Virus record (IMG/VR): IMGVR_UViG_3300045988_065571
Source of the DNA: a virus
DNA length: 64,000 nucleotides
Reading direction: 5' to 3' (one strand)
The notes beneath the pieces are model-generated. The model made no database searches. It was not told the DNA's origin and worked only from the letters and a program-made list of their open reading frames with translations. Positions 54,942 to 63,471 of this stretch are shown here, one piece after another; the first letter of the stretch is position 1; each line of letters starts with the position of its first letter. Both the position numbers and the translations under genes were made by a program.

Positions 54942-56156
54942 ATGGTTGGTAGAGGAGGTAATTCAAGAAATTGGTTATCTCCTTTATTTATGTTAATACA
55001 TTACAGTATGGCAAAAGGAAAAGTGGGTTTAAAAGTTCCCTCTAAAAACGAATTACTAAAGAAATATGGGTCATCAATAGTACTTGCTTCTGAAACAAAA
55101 GAAACAGGTCTATGGTTACCAAGTACTTTCTTTGCATTGAATTATACCTTTGGTGGAGGAATCCCATTTGGTAAAATCCTAGAAGTAGCAGGAGAAGAAT
55201 CCTCTGGTAAATCACTTATAGCTTACAACTTTGCTTATTCATGTCAACAACTGGGAGGGCATGTAATATGGGTAGATGCTGAACAATCATGGATGAATTC
55301 CTGGGCTCAAACTAATGGGGTTGATCCAGAAAGAGTTACAGTAGTTAATGATACTCGTATTGAGAATGTTGCGGATGCAGTAGCAGATTTAGCATTATAT
55401 TTCAGATCTCAGTTAACACATAATGAACCCATACTTCTGGTAATAGATTCAGTTGCTGCTATGGATTGTGCAGATAACATAGATTCCAAGATGACAGATG
55501 CTAAAGCAGAGATGGGAGGTAGAGCAAAGGCTTTATATAAATACTTCCGTATCAGAAGCGAATTATTTTATCGACTGGGAGTTACACAGATTTATATTAA
55601 TCAATTAAGAACTGCATTGAATGTTGGATTCGGAAAAGATAATACAACAACTACAGGAGGCGCAGCACTTAAGTTCTACGCTTCAATCAGAGCTGCTTTC
55701 TATTCAGGAAGATCTATCACTGTTAAGCAAAAGGGTAAAGAACGCAAAGCTGGGAAACTCGTCACGGTTCGACTTATTAAAAATAAAGTTGCTCCTCCAA
55801 GACCTACAATCAGCAAATGCCCAGTATACTTCAATCCTAAGTTCCATGAGGTTGGATTTGATAGATGCTTTGGATTAGAAGATGTATTGGTAGAAAACGA
55901 TATAATCATTAAATCCTCAGGTGGAGTATATAAACTCAAGGATAAAACCCTTGCAAGAGGGGAAGAGAAATTCCAAAAGCTTTTGGAAGAAGACGATGAC
56001 TTAAGAAGAAAGCTTTTAAGGAAAGCAGATATAAATACCATTGGTACTACTCGTAAGAAACTAGAAGCTCTTACAGAAAACTGTTATCCCATAGATGGAG
56101 TAGAATACGAATCCTATAATGAATCAGAAGACGAAGAGGAGGAAGACGATGAGTAA
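54942..56156 (+). CDS. recA: RecA/UvsX-type recombinase. An alternative start is the ATG at 55008 (MAKGKV...).
   Basis: Walker A GEESSGKS, Walker B LLVIDSVAAM, L2-like NQLRTALNVGFGKDNTTTTGGAALKFYAS, acidic C-terminal tail. Confidence 0.9.
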   Translation: MVGRGGNSRNWLSPLFMLIHYSMAKGKVGLKVPSKNELLKKYGSSIVLASETKETGLWLPSTFFALNYTFGGGIPFGKILEVAGEESSGKSLIAYNFAYSCQQLGGHVIWVDAEQSWMNSWAQTNGVDPERVTVVNDTRIENVADAVADLALYFRSQLTHNEPILLVIDSVAAMDCADNIDSKMTDAKAEMGGRAKALYKYFRIRSELFYRLGVTQIYINQLRTALNVGFGKDNTTTTGGAALKFYASIRAAFYSGRSITVKQKGKERKAGKLVTVRLIKNKVAPPRPTISKCPVYFNPKFHEVGFDRCFGLEDVLVENDIIIKSSGGVYKLKDKTLARGEEKFQKLLEEDDDLRRKLLRKADINTIGTTRKKLEALTENCYPIDGVEYESYNESEDEEEEDDE

Positions 56157-57027
56157 GAAAACGATATTACTAATAGATGGAGAGAATATACTTCACCAAA
56201 GTTTCCATAAGTTCGAAAAACTTAAGTCTACCGATGGAAAACCAAGTGGAGCAATATTCGGATTTTTTAGATCATTACATGGGTTCTTACATAGGTGGGA
56301 CCCAGATGAGGTTATTATAACTTTTGATAATGGACACTCTCCTTATAGAGATGCTTTGTTACCAGATTATAAGGGACATAGGAAAAATATTTCAGTAGAT
56401 TATGAATCTCTTCAATCTCAAAAACGTATTATTATGGGTATGCTTAAGCTCCTAAGAATTAAATATGTTTTTGATAAGCATAATTCTACTAAATATGAAG
56501 GAGATGATTTCTTAGCATACCTAGTTTTAAATAAAAAACCCACTGAGAAGGTAATCATAATATCATCCGATAAGGACTTTAATCAACTTATCGGTAAAGA
56601 CGTAAAAATAAACAATCCAAGAAAAGATGAGATGATTCATCAGGGTAATTGTAAGGAACTATTCGGATATTCTCCTGAAGAAACAGTAGATTACCTTTCA
56701 ATGGTGGGGGATACTTCGGATGATATCAAAGGTATACCAGGTATTGGTCCTGTAAAAGCTAGGAAAATATTGGACGAATATGGTACTTTGGATAAATTTC
56801 TAGAGCATCATCATCAAACTTCTCATGTAGAGATTGCAGAAAGGAATAAGAAGCTTATAGATTTAAGATTATTTCAAAAAGAAGTACCATTATCCAAGTT
56901 ACCTATGAAAAAGTTTGCTAATAAGGAGATAAAATACAAGAAATTCAAAGAAGTCTGTATCGAATACTCTTTAGCATCCTTTATGACAAATGAATTTATG
57001 AAACCCTTTAAAGATTTGTTATCATGA
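56119..57027 (+). CDS. 5'-3' exonuclease / flap endonuclease (RNase H-like)
   Basis: ILLIDGENILHQSFH, ITFDNGHSPYRDALLPDYKGHR, EGDDFLAYL, IISSDKDFNQL, MVGDTSDDIKGIPGIGPVKARKIL (H3TH). Confidence 0.9.
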   Translation: MNQKTKRRKTMSKKTILLIDGENILHQSFHKFEKLKSTDGKPSGAIFGFFRSLHGFLHRWDPDEVIITFDNGHSPYRDALLPDYKGHRKNISVDYESLQSQKRIIMGMLKLLRIKYVFDKHNSTKYEGDDFLAYLVLNKKPTEKVIIISSDKDFNQLIGKDVKINNPRKDEMIHQGNCKELFGYSPEETVDYLSMVGDTSDDIKGIPGIGPVKARKILDEYGTLDKFLEHHHQTSHVEIAERNKKLIDLRLFQKEVPLSKLPMKKFANKEIKYKKFKEVCIEYSLASFMTNEFMKPFKDLLS

Positions 57028-57602
57028 AAAGAATTATGTTTGTAGGACCTAGTGGAATAGGAAAAACCACTTTAGCAAAGTTTATAGAAGGTAAATATGG
57101 TATACCCTTTATTTCTGGTAGTATGACTGACTTAATGCCAGATACAAAAGAGATGCACCATGCCGAGTTTTTACACCAAGAATGTGGAGAACTCATAAAC
57201 AAGGATTATCAGCTGTTGAATCTGAGAAATAAGCTTTTTAAGGATAAAGAATCATTTGTAACTGATCGTAGTTATGTAGATTTAGCAGCTTATTTCATAT
57301 ATAAACAATCTACTAATATCCCCGAATGTGAAGTAGATGCTTTCTTAGATATATGCAAAGATCTTACAGTTCAACAATGTGATTTATTAATATACCTTCC
57401 CTTGAGTATGTACAATATGAAAGAATGGCCAATGGAAGACAATAAGAAGAGAATCATAAATAGATATTATCAGGTTCAGATGTCAGATATAATGGGTAAC
57501 CTGTTAACTCAGTGGAGTACTTTAAGTGTAATAGATATATTAGTAGTACCCCAATTAGATTTCTACGACAGAATACACATGATAATGTCAAGATTGGATT
57601 AA
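57024..57602 (+). CDS. P-loop deoxynucleoside / deoxynucleotide (dNMP) kinase-like protein
   Basis: Walker A FVGPSGIGKTTLA, and a DRS motif (VTDRSYVDLAAYF) as in dNK-family kinases. Confidence 0.55.
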   Translation: MKRIMFVGPSGIGKTTLAKFIEGKYGIPFISGSMTDLMPDTKEMHHAEFLHQECGELINKDYQLLNLRNKLFKDKESFVTDRSYVDLAAYFIYKQSTNIPECEVDAFLDICKDLTVQQCDLLIYLPLSMYNMKEWPMEDNKKRIINRYYQVQMSDIMGNLLTQWSTLSVIDILVVPQLDFYDRIHMIMSRLD

Positions 57603-57603
57603 T

Positions 57604-58572
57604 ATGAAGAAACAAGTAATAGCAATAGTTTTCTCGGATTTACACCTAAATTTATGGGCTAAGTTCAATGAAGACAATAAAAGAACCCTGAATCATTTCA
57701 GGGTTTTGTCGATTATACAAGAGAAATGTAAAGAGTATAATTGCCCAGCATTATTCTGTGGAGATTTCTTCCATAAGCCTGAAACTATGGACCAAGATCT
57801 TATGGAATTGACCTATGAGAAATTTAAGGAATTAAAGTTAAGAGAAAACCAGATAGAGATATTTTCTATATCAGGGAATCACGACTTGAAGAAAGTTAGC
57901 TTTATAGGTAATAAACCCTTTTCATGGGTTAAGTTTTTAGAACAATTCGGGATAGTGAACTTAGATTACGGTAAAAGATGGCTGGGTATGAATGCAGTAG
58001 TATACGGTATACCATACATAGATCACAATGTAGGTTTATCCGAATATCTGAAAAATATAAAGCTTGATAAAGATGCTGATAATATCCTTATGCTTCATAC
58101 CGATTATCCTGGGGCAAAAGATACTGATGGTAGGGAGATTGATTCAGTAGAAAATCTAAATCTGAACGTACTGAATAGGTTTGATTTAATCCTTTGTGGT
58201 CATATACACAAACCACAAAGATTATCAAAGAAGGTTTATATGATTGGAGCTCCTTTACAACAGAGAAGAACCGATAAAGATTGTAAATTGGGATATTGGA
58301 AACTTTATTCGGATTTATCTATGGAATTTGTAGAACTGAAAGGATTCCCAAAATTTATAGATGTTGAATCCGAAGATGAAATTAAGGATGATGGCAATTA
58401 TTATACCATTTTACCCAAGAAAACTAGTATTCAAGTAAATACAAATCATAAGATTACTAAGCAAGTTTCTAAGAAAACTCTAGCAAAAAGATACTTAAGG
58501 GAAAAAGGTATAAAAGATGATGCTAAGAAACAACTTTTAATTGACACTTTAAACAAAGCTGAATCATGTTGA
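57604..58572 (+). CDS. sbcD: Mre11/SbcD-type nuclease
   Basis: Calcineurin-like phosphoesterase motifs: FSDLHLN, CGDFFH, SGNHD, MLHTD, CGHIHKP. Confidence 0.9.
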   Translation: MKKQVIAIVFSDLHLNLWAKFNEDNKRTLNHFRVLSIIQEKCKEYNCPALFCGDFFHKPETMDQDLMELTYEKFKELKLRENQIEIFSISGNHDLKKVSFIGNKPFSWVKFLEQFGIVNLDYGKRWLGMNAVVYGIPYIDHNVGLSEYLKNIKLDKDADNILMLHTDYPGAKDTDGREIDSVENLNLNVLNRFDLILCGHIHKPQRLSKKVYMIGAPLQQRRTDKDCKLGYWKLYSDLSMEFVELKGFPKFIDVESEDEIKDDGNYYTILPKKTSIQVNTNHKITKQVSKKTLAKRYLREKGIKDDAKKQLLIDTLNKAESC

Positions 58573-60278
58573 CATTTACAAGGTTAAATATACAGGGATT
58601 CTGTTCTATAGATTCCTTCAGTTTACAATTAAACCAAGATTGTACGGTTCTTATCAAAGCTCCTAATGGTTTTGGGAAATCAACTTTACTGAATGCCTTG
58701 GTATGGGCATTATATGGGAAAAATATAAAGGGAGTATCTGAGGTAAATACTTGGAAAGAATACCAACCTAAAGATTATAAGGGAACCATGGTAGAAGTAT
58801 TTTTTCAGAAAAACCAAGATTCCTATAAGGTAATCAGATGTCAAAAATTCAAAGATTACCTAGAGGATGGTGCTAAGGGAAATGATAGACTCATAATCAT
58901 TAAAAATGCCGAGATTATTAATATCAAGGGTAAGAATGAATTACAGAATGCCATCAATAAAGAACTAGGATTATCCTATCTGTTATTCATGAACTCAATT
59001 ATGTTCGGTCAGGGTATTAAGAGATTAATCCAAGAATCTAATTCGGATAAGAAAAAGCTTTTTGAGGAAGTATTCGATTTAGAATACCTAAATTTAGCAA
59101 AGGGTATAGCTAATCAAGATAAGGCAGTTATCTTAAATGAGATTAATCAATTAGAATCCGAATCTCTTTCACTAAAGAAAGAATTAGAGGCCAATAAAGA
59201 AGCTTACTTCGATTTGAGGTCAAGGGAGAAATCCTTTAAGAAAGATCTCAGAGAAAAATCTAGGAAACTAAAGGAAGAACGGAAAGACCTAACTGCGTTA
59301 CTTATTGCAAAACAAAAACATATTTCAGATGAAGTAGATGTAGCAATAGAACAAAAGGTAAGAAATCAAACCAAAGCAGTACAAGAGATAAAGAATCGAA
59401 TTAAGATAAACAAGGAAACTCTAAGTACTCCCTTAAATGAACTGGTGGATGAGTCCATAGAATTAATAAAGAATAAACAATATAAGAAAGCCTTGAAAAT
59501 GCTTACTCCCATCAGTAAAGCATTTAAAGAAAGGGAGGAACTTCAAAGCTTATATGAAGAATCCGTAGAGAGATTAGATGAACTAGAATTTAACTGCAGT
59601 AAGTATAAGACTCTAGTTAAAGAATGTTCCGATATTGCTTCAGATTTGGCAGATATAGACCAGGAAATAAAAGACCTTAAGAATCAGAAACTAAAGGTAA
59701 TGTCTACTAAATACAAAGAAAGGTTGAAAAAGATTCGTAGGGATTTAAGAAAGGTAGATGAAGATTACCATAACCGAGAACTAGAGTTAGAGAATTATAA
59801 TTGGTTGATAAATGACCCTCTTGGTAACAATGGGATCAAGGCATATCTATTTGATTCATCCCTACATTTATTAAATCGTACTCTAGCTAGTTACTCGGAA
59901 GTATTAGGTTTTAGAATTGAGTTTAATATAGACCTTAATTCAACTAGAAAGGATTTTGTTACCCTTATAGAAAGAGATAATCACATTATTGATTATGACG
60001 AACTATCAGGAGGTGAAAAACAAGTATGTAATCTATGTATGGCTTTCGCAATGCATGAAGCTTTGACTGCAAGTAAGGGTATTAACCTAGCATTCCTAGA
60101 TGAAGTATTTGAATCCCTAAGTTCTGATAACATAGAATTGGTAATAAACCTAATAAAACATATATTCAACGGTAAATCATTATTTTTAATAACACATCAC
60201 GACTCGTTACCTTTATCAAATACTAAGATCCTGCAAGTAGAGAAAATCAAGGGCCTTAGTTATTATAAACCACTATGA
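58566..60278 (+). CDS. sbcC: Rad50/SbcC-type ATPase
   Basis: Walker A APNGFGKSTLLNAL, long central coiled coil, signature LSGGEKQ, Walker B LAFLDEVFESL. Confidence 0.9.
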   Translation: MLTFTRLNIQGFCSIDSFSLQLNQDCTVLIKAPNGFGKSTLLNALVWALYGKNIKGVSEVNTWKEYQPKDYKGTMVEVFFQKNQDSYKVIRCQKFKDYLEDGAKGNDRLIIIKNAEIINIKGKNELQNAINKELGLSYLLFMNSIMFGQGIKRLIQESNSDKKKLFEEVFDLEYLNLAKGIANQDKAVILNEINQLESESLSLKKELEANKEAYFDLRSREKSFKKDLREKSRKLKEERKDLTALLIAKQKHISDEVDVAIEQKVRNQTKAVQEIKNRIKINKETLSTPLNELVDESIELIKNKQYKKALKMLTPISKAFKEREELQSLYEESVERLDELEFNCSKYKTLVKECSDIASDLADIDQEIKDLKNQKLKVMSTKYKERLKKIRRDLRKVDEDYHNRELELENYNWLINDPLGNNGIKAYLFDSSLHLLNRTLASYSEVLGFRIEFNIDLNSTRKDFVTLIERDNHIIDYDELSGGEKQVCNLCMAFAMHEALTASKGINLAFLDEVFESLSSDNIELVINLIKHIFNGKSLFLITHHDSLPLSNTKILQVEKIKGLSYYKPL

Positions 60279-60817
60279 TCCATAAACAATACAATGAAAT
60301 TATGGCAAATAGTAAAAAGAAAGGTAATCGATTTGAACTCAAAGTCTCAAAATGGTTTACGGAATGGACTTCTTTCAAATTCGGCAGAACACCCTACTCT
60401 GGTGCAAATCATCAGAGTAGGGATTTGTCTTCTGATATTATGTGTCAGGATGAAAGACATGCTCACAGATGTAAAATCTCAGTAGAATGTAAAAACTACA
60501 AGGATATCAAATTTGAGCATGTATTACTTGGTAATAAATCCTGTGATATATTAAAATTCTGGGAACAAGCAAGTAAAGATGCTAAAAGGGTAAAGAAGGT
60601 ACCCATCTTATGTATGAGATACAATTCAATGCCTGCAAATGAGTTTTTCTTTGTAGTAGATTATAAACTCGGTAGTATTATAGCTCAGTACATTACTAAG
60701 TCCATGTATATTCAAGTTCCCGGTAATACTCTTATGGTATTCATGGCTAGTGAGGTATTAAAAGTACCATACAAGATGATTCACAAACAAGCTAAGTTAA
60801 TCGTAAAAAACTCATAA
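60275..60817 (+). CDS. PD-(D/E)XK nuclease; Holliday-junction-resolvase-like
   Basis: KKKGNRFELKVSKWFTEW...GRTPYSGAN...DLSSDIMC...KISVECKNYKD matches the E ... D ... E.K layout of Hjc-like phage resolvases. Confidence 0.5.
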   Translation: MIHKQYNEIMANSKKKGNRFELKVSKWFTEWTSFKFGRTPYSGANHQSRDLSSDIMCQDERHAHRCKISVECKNYKDIKFEHVLLGNKSCDILKFWEQASKDAKRVKKVPILCMRYNSMPANEFFFVVDYKLGSIIAQYITKSMYIQVPGNTLMVFMASEVLKVPYKMIHKQAKLIVKNS

Positions 60818-60818
60818 T

Positions 60819-61535
60819 ATGAAAAAACGTATCCCATACTCCTATGTAATCTTCTACCTAGAAAGAAAGTATTATCACCTTATCGAGAAAGAGTTAAAAG
60901 AAAAGGGATACGAAAATATCAAGGTTATTATCCCTACTCTGGATATACTTAAGAGAACCGTAAAGGGTAAGATGGTATTTGAATCTGTTCCTATACTTTT
61001 CAATTATGGTTTTATGAGAATGCCTACAGAGAATGCTTTCTCAAGGCCTTTTTTAAATAAACTAAAACGAAATATCTCAGGTATAAGAACCTTTCTTAAA
61101 TCTACTGAAACAATGCACGAAAGAAAAAAGAAGGTACGTATAGATAATGCTGAAGACTTCGATGATTTTTCATTAGTTGCAACTTGTTCTAGAAAAGATG
61201 TAAGAAGGTTCATAAGATTAGCAAAAGCAAATAAAAAATACTCTGTTGATGACCTTATGAATGTAAAACCAGGAGATTATATCGTTTTAAAAGGGTATCC
61301 CTATGAAGGTATAGATGCTACAGTATTAGACGTAAATTACTCTAATAGAACAGTAAAAGTACTAATCTACCCAGAACATGGTAAAATGGAAGTAACTCTT
61401 GATTTTGACAGTGTTCTTTACAGTGTATATCAGGATTCAGACCCCGATAAATTACATTGTAATAACTTTGACTATGACCCAAATTCTATTACTTCTGAAA
61501 AGATAGAAGAGAACATTAATAAAAGGAGGCGTTAA
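60819..61535 (+). CDS. NusG / RfaH / UpxY-like transcription elongation (antitermination) factor
   Basis: NGN-like N-terminus YVIFYLERKYYHLIEKELKEKGYENIKVIIPTLDILKRTVKGKMVFESVPILFNYGFMRMP. KOW-like VKPGDYIVLKGYPYEGIDATVLDVNYSNRTVKVLIYPEHGKMEVTLDFDSV. Confidence 0.55.
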   Translation: MKKRIPYSYVIFYLERKYYHLIEKELKEKGYENIKVIIPTLDILKRTVKGKMVFESVPILFNYGFMRMPTENAFSRPFLNKLKRNISGIRTFLKSTETMHERKKKVRIDNAEDFDDFSLVATCSRKDVRRFIRLAKANKKYSVDDLMNVKPGDYIVLKGYPYEGIDATVLDVNYSNRTVKVLIYPEHGKMEVTLDFDSVLYSVYQDSDPDKLHCNNFDYDPNSITSEKIEENINKRRR

Positions 61536-61536
61536 T

Positions 61537-62508
61537 ATGAATAAATACCAAAAGAAAGCATGGGACTGTTTGACTCCAACCGAGCAGCAGTCCCTTTTTC
61601 TTCAGTTATCAGAGAGTAAATCCTCTTGGGAAGCTGGAGAGATATTAAAATTATCTCATTATAAGTACCTAGAAATAAAAGAAAGATCCGAAAAGTTCTT
61701 TCGATTATTCTCGGATTTCTTTGAAATACATGAGTCAATATTCAGACCAGATTGCCCATGTGAAAGAAACTTCCAAGATTATATCGAGGCTTGCATAGAA
61801 AAAAGGATGAAAAGAAAAGAGGCTCTACTAAATACTGGAGATGCCTCTCAATTAGTTCCTAAGGTAAATACTCGTAATCTAGAAAGAAATATAAGAAGAC
61901 TACAAGGTTCAGATAATGAATGGGATAAACATTCTCTAGGTTTGATATTAGAATTCGATAGATGGAATAATTTTAGGATATTACCCAGGCAAGTACAGCA
62001 ACCATCTGCTTTCAAAAGAAGAGCTAACAAGAAAGAAAAGATTTATATCAACTACTTATTGGAGAAAGTACCAGAATGGGTTCATACTAAACTAAGAGAA
62101 AGGTTTAAGTATAAAGTAAAACCCAGTATAAAGAAATGGTGGGTATGTTTAATATCTGAAGATTTATATACGGATGGATATTTATTACTTCCTGTAAGAC
62201 CAACAGATGAGGTAATGAGGGAATTCAGTAAATTCTATATGTATATATTCGAGGATAAGGATGATGCAGATACATTTGGATTCATGGTATCTAAATTCAA
62301 TGCCAAGACCACTACTGTAAAACTAGGTCAGAAGTTTTGGCCAGAATATAGATTATGTATCGAAAAGGCTTTGAATTACAACAAGGTAAATAACATGGAT
62401 TTTAATGTGAAGCAATTAGATATGGCTTATAACACTCACATAAAACGAAAACCTAAAAAGAAACCCCAACCAGGAGCTGCTAGAGTGAAAGAAGACTCCT
62501 TCTATTGA
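61537..62508 (+). CDS. HTH (sigma-70 region 4 / LuxR-like) N-terminal domain protein; putative transcription regulator
   Basis: LTPTEQQSLFLQLSESKSSWEAGEILKLSHYKYLEIKERSEKFF fits Lp..e..v..l......s..EIa..l..s...v......a...l. Starts 2 nt after the NusG-like gene. Confidence 0.4.
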   Translation: MNKYQKKAWDCLTPTEQQSLFLQLSESKSSWEAGEILKLSHYKYLEIKERSEKFFRLFSDFFEIHESIFRPDCPCERNFQDYIEACIEKRMKRKEALLNTGDASQLVPKVNTRNLERNIRRLQGSDNEWDKHSLGLILEFDRWNNFRILPRQVQQPSAFKRRANKKEKIYINYLLEKVPEWVHTKLRERFKYKVKPSIKKWWVCLISEDLYTDGYLLLPVRPTDEVMREFSKFYMYIFEDKDDADTFGFMVSKFNAKTTTVKLGQKFWPEYRLCIEKALNYNKVNNMDFNVKQLDMAYNTHIKRKPKKKPQPGAARVKEDSFY

Positions 62509-62565
62509 TCCTCAGCTAATATTAAAATAATAAGTAGAATATTTTTATATATAATATATAAGTAT

Positions 62566-62573
62566 TATATTTG
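62566..62573 (+). promoter_or_regulatory. Bacteroidota-type -7 promoter box (TAnnTTTG) inside a very AT-rich spacer
   Basis: The plus strand reads aTTATATTTGCATcag. It shares the 12-mer TTATATTTGCAT with the minus-strand box at 38782-38789. Lies 40 nt upstream of the ATG at 62613. Confidence 0.45.
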
Positions 62574-62612
62574 CATCAGAAAAGAAAATTAGACAATTTT
62601 AATATAGACAAT

Positions 62613-62891
62613 ATGAAGAATACCAACTTAGACATCCGCTTTAACAAAGCAAATAATATCATCAGCCAATTCAGTGATAGCTGGGATGATGACAAATTGA
62701 TTCTATTACCTAATTTCCCAAAAATTAAGGATATGGTATCAAACCACATTACTCAAGAGAATTACTTATGGTTAATCACTTATGATTTACCTTATGATCT
62801 CTTCTACAAAATAGATAACATGGGATTAGTTCCCTATGGGCATGTAACTCATGAAGAATTAACTCAAACCTATTACAATCAAAGATTCTAA
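62613..62891 (+). CDS. Hypothetical protein (92 aa), with the start moved to the first ATG
   Basis: The track ORF (62571) starts at a TTG that lies inside the promoter-like box. The ATG at 62613 (MKNTNLDIRF...) is in the same frame. Confidence 0.45.
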   Translation: MKNTNLDIRFNKANNIISQFSDSWDDDKLILLPNFPKIKDMVSNHITQENYLWLITYDLPYDLFYKIDNMGLVPYGHVTHEELTQTYYNQRF

Positions 62892-62895
62892 ACTT

Positions 62896-63471
62896 ATGGC
62901 AAAGAAGAAAAAAGATAAACCAGCTCCATCAAGGGAAAAACAAAATTTCCTAGGAGCTGCCGGTAGAAACATGAAGTACAAGGATCTCAAAAGAAAGGCA
63001 GTAATCCTTGGTATGCCTTTTCCTGATGCTTGTGCTGCAGGAGTATTTGATTTAATCAAGTATATCAGTAACTCAACCAACAAACCTGATAAATCTCTAA
63101 TTGACCAGTACGATGAATGGGCAGATAAACAATTGGAAGCAATCGGTTATGATAAAACTGACCCAATCCGTAATTCAAGATTAAGATTAGGATTCTTAGG
63201 AGAAGAGGGGGAAGATGGTATTCGAAAATTAAAAAGAGTACCAGGTATAAAGAAACCAAAAGAAAAGAAACCTCCAAGAGAAAGAGATTCTTTTAACCTT
63301 ATTAAGGGTACTAAGAAATCCTACTGTTATGAATTAACAGAAAAGGGATTTGACCAAGAGAGAGTAGTAAGGAGAATGAAAAAGAAATTCCCTGATGCTA
63401 ATGAGAAATCCATTCAACTCTGGTACAGGGCTGCAAAAAGGAAATTAAATGGTAAAGCTAGCAAGGGATAA
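62896..63471 (+). CDS. Highly basic hypothetical protein (191 aa)
   Basis: MAKKKKDKPAPSREKQ..., and KRVPGIKKPKEKKPPRERD. Possibly binds nucleic acid, judged from composition only. Confidence 0.45.
   Translation: MAKKKKDKPAPSREKQNFLGAAGRNMKYKDLKRKAVILGMPFPDACAAGVFDLIKYISNSTNKPDKSLIDQYDEWADKQLEAIGYDKTDPIRNSRLRLGFLGEEGEDGIRKLKRVPGIKKPKEKKPPRERDSFNLIKGTKKSYCYELTEKGFDQERVVRRMKKKFPDANEKSIQLWYRAAKRKLNGKASKG

Noticed and set aside
57008-57202. Minus-strand ORF across the FEN/kinase junction. Similar cases occur at 53706-53921, 53788-54003, 55700-56041, 61004-61213 and 61532-61738.
   Set aside because: They are antisense to genes with clear motifs (P-loop, GroES-like, RecA, NusG-like) and have no supporting features.
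62571-62612. TTG start proposed by the ORF track for 62571-62891.
   Set aside because: The TTG lies inside the promoter-like TATATTTG box of an AT-rich spacer. The first ATG in the same frame (62613) gives a plausible N-terminus (MKNTN...), so the 5' extension is probably not translated.
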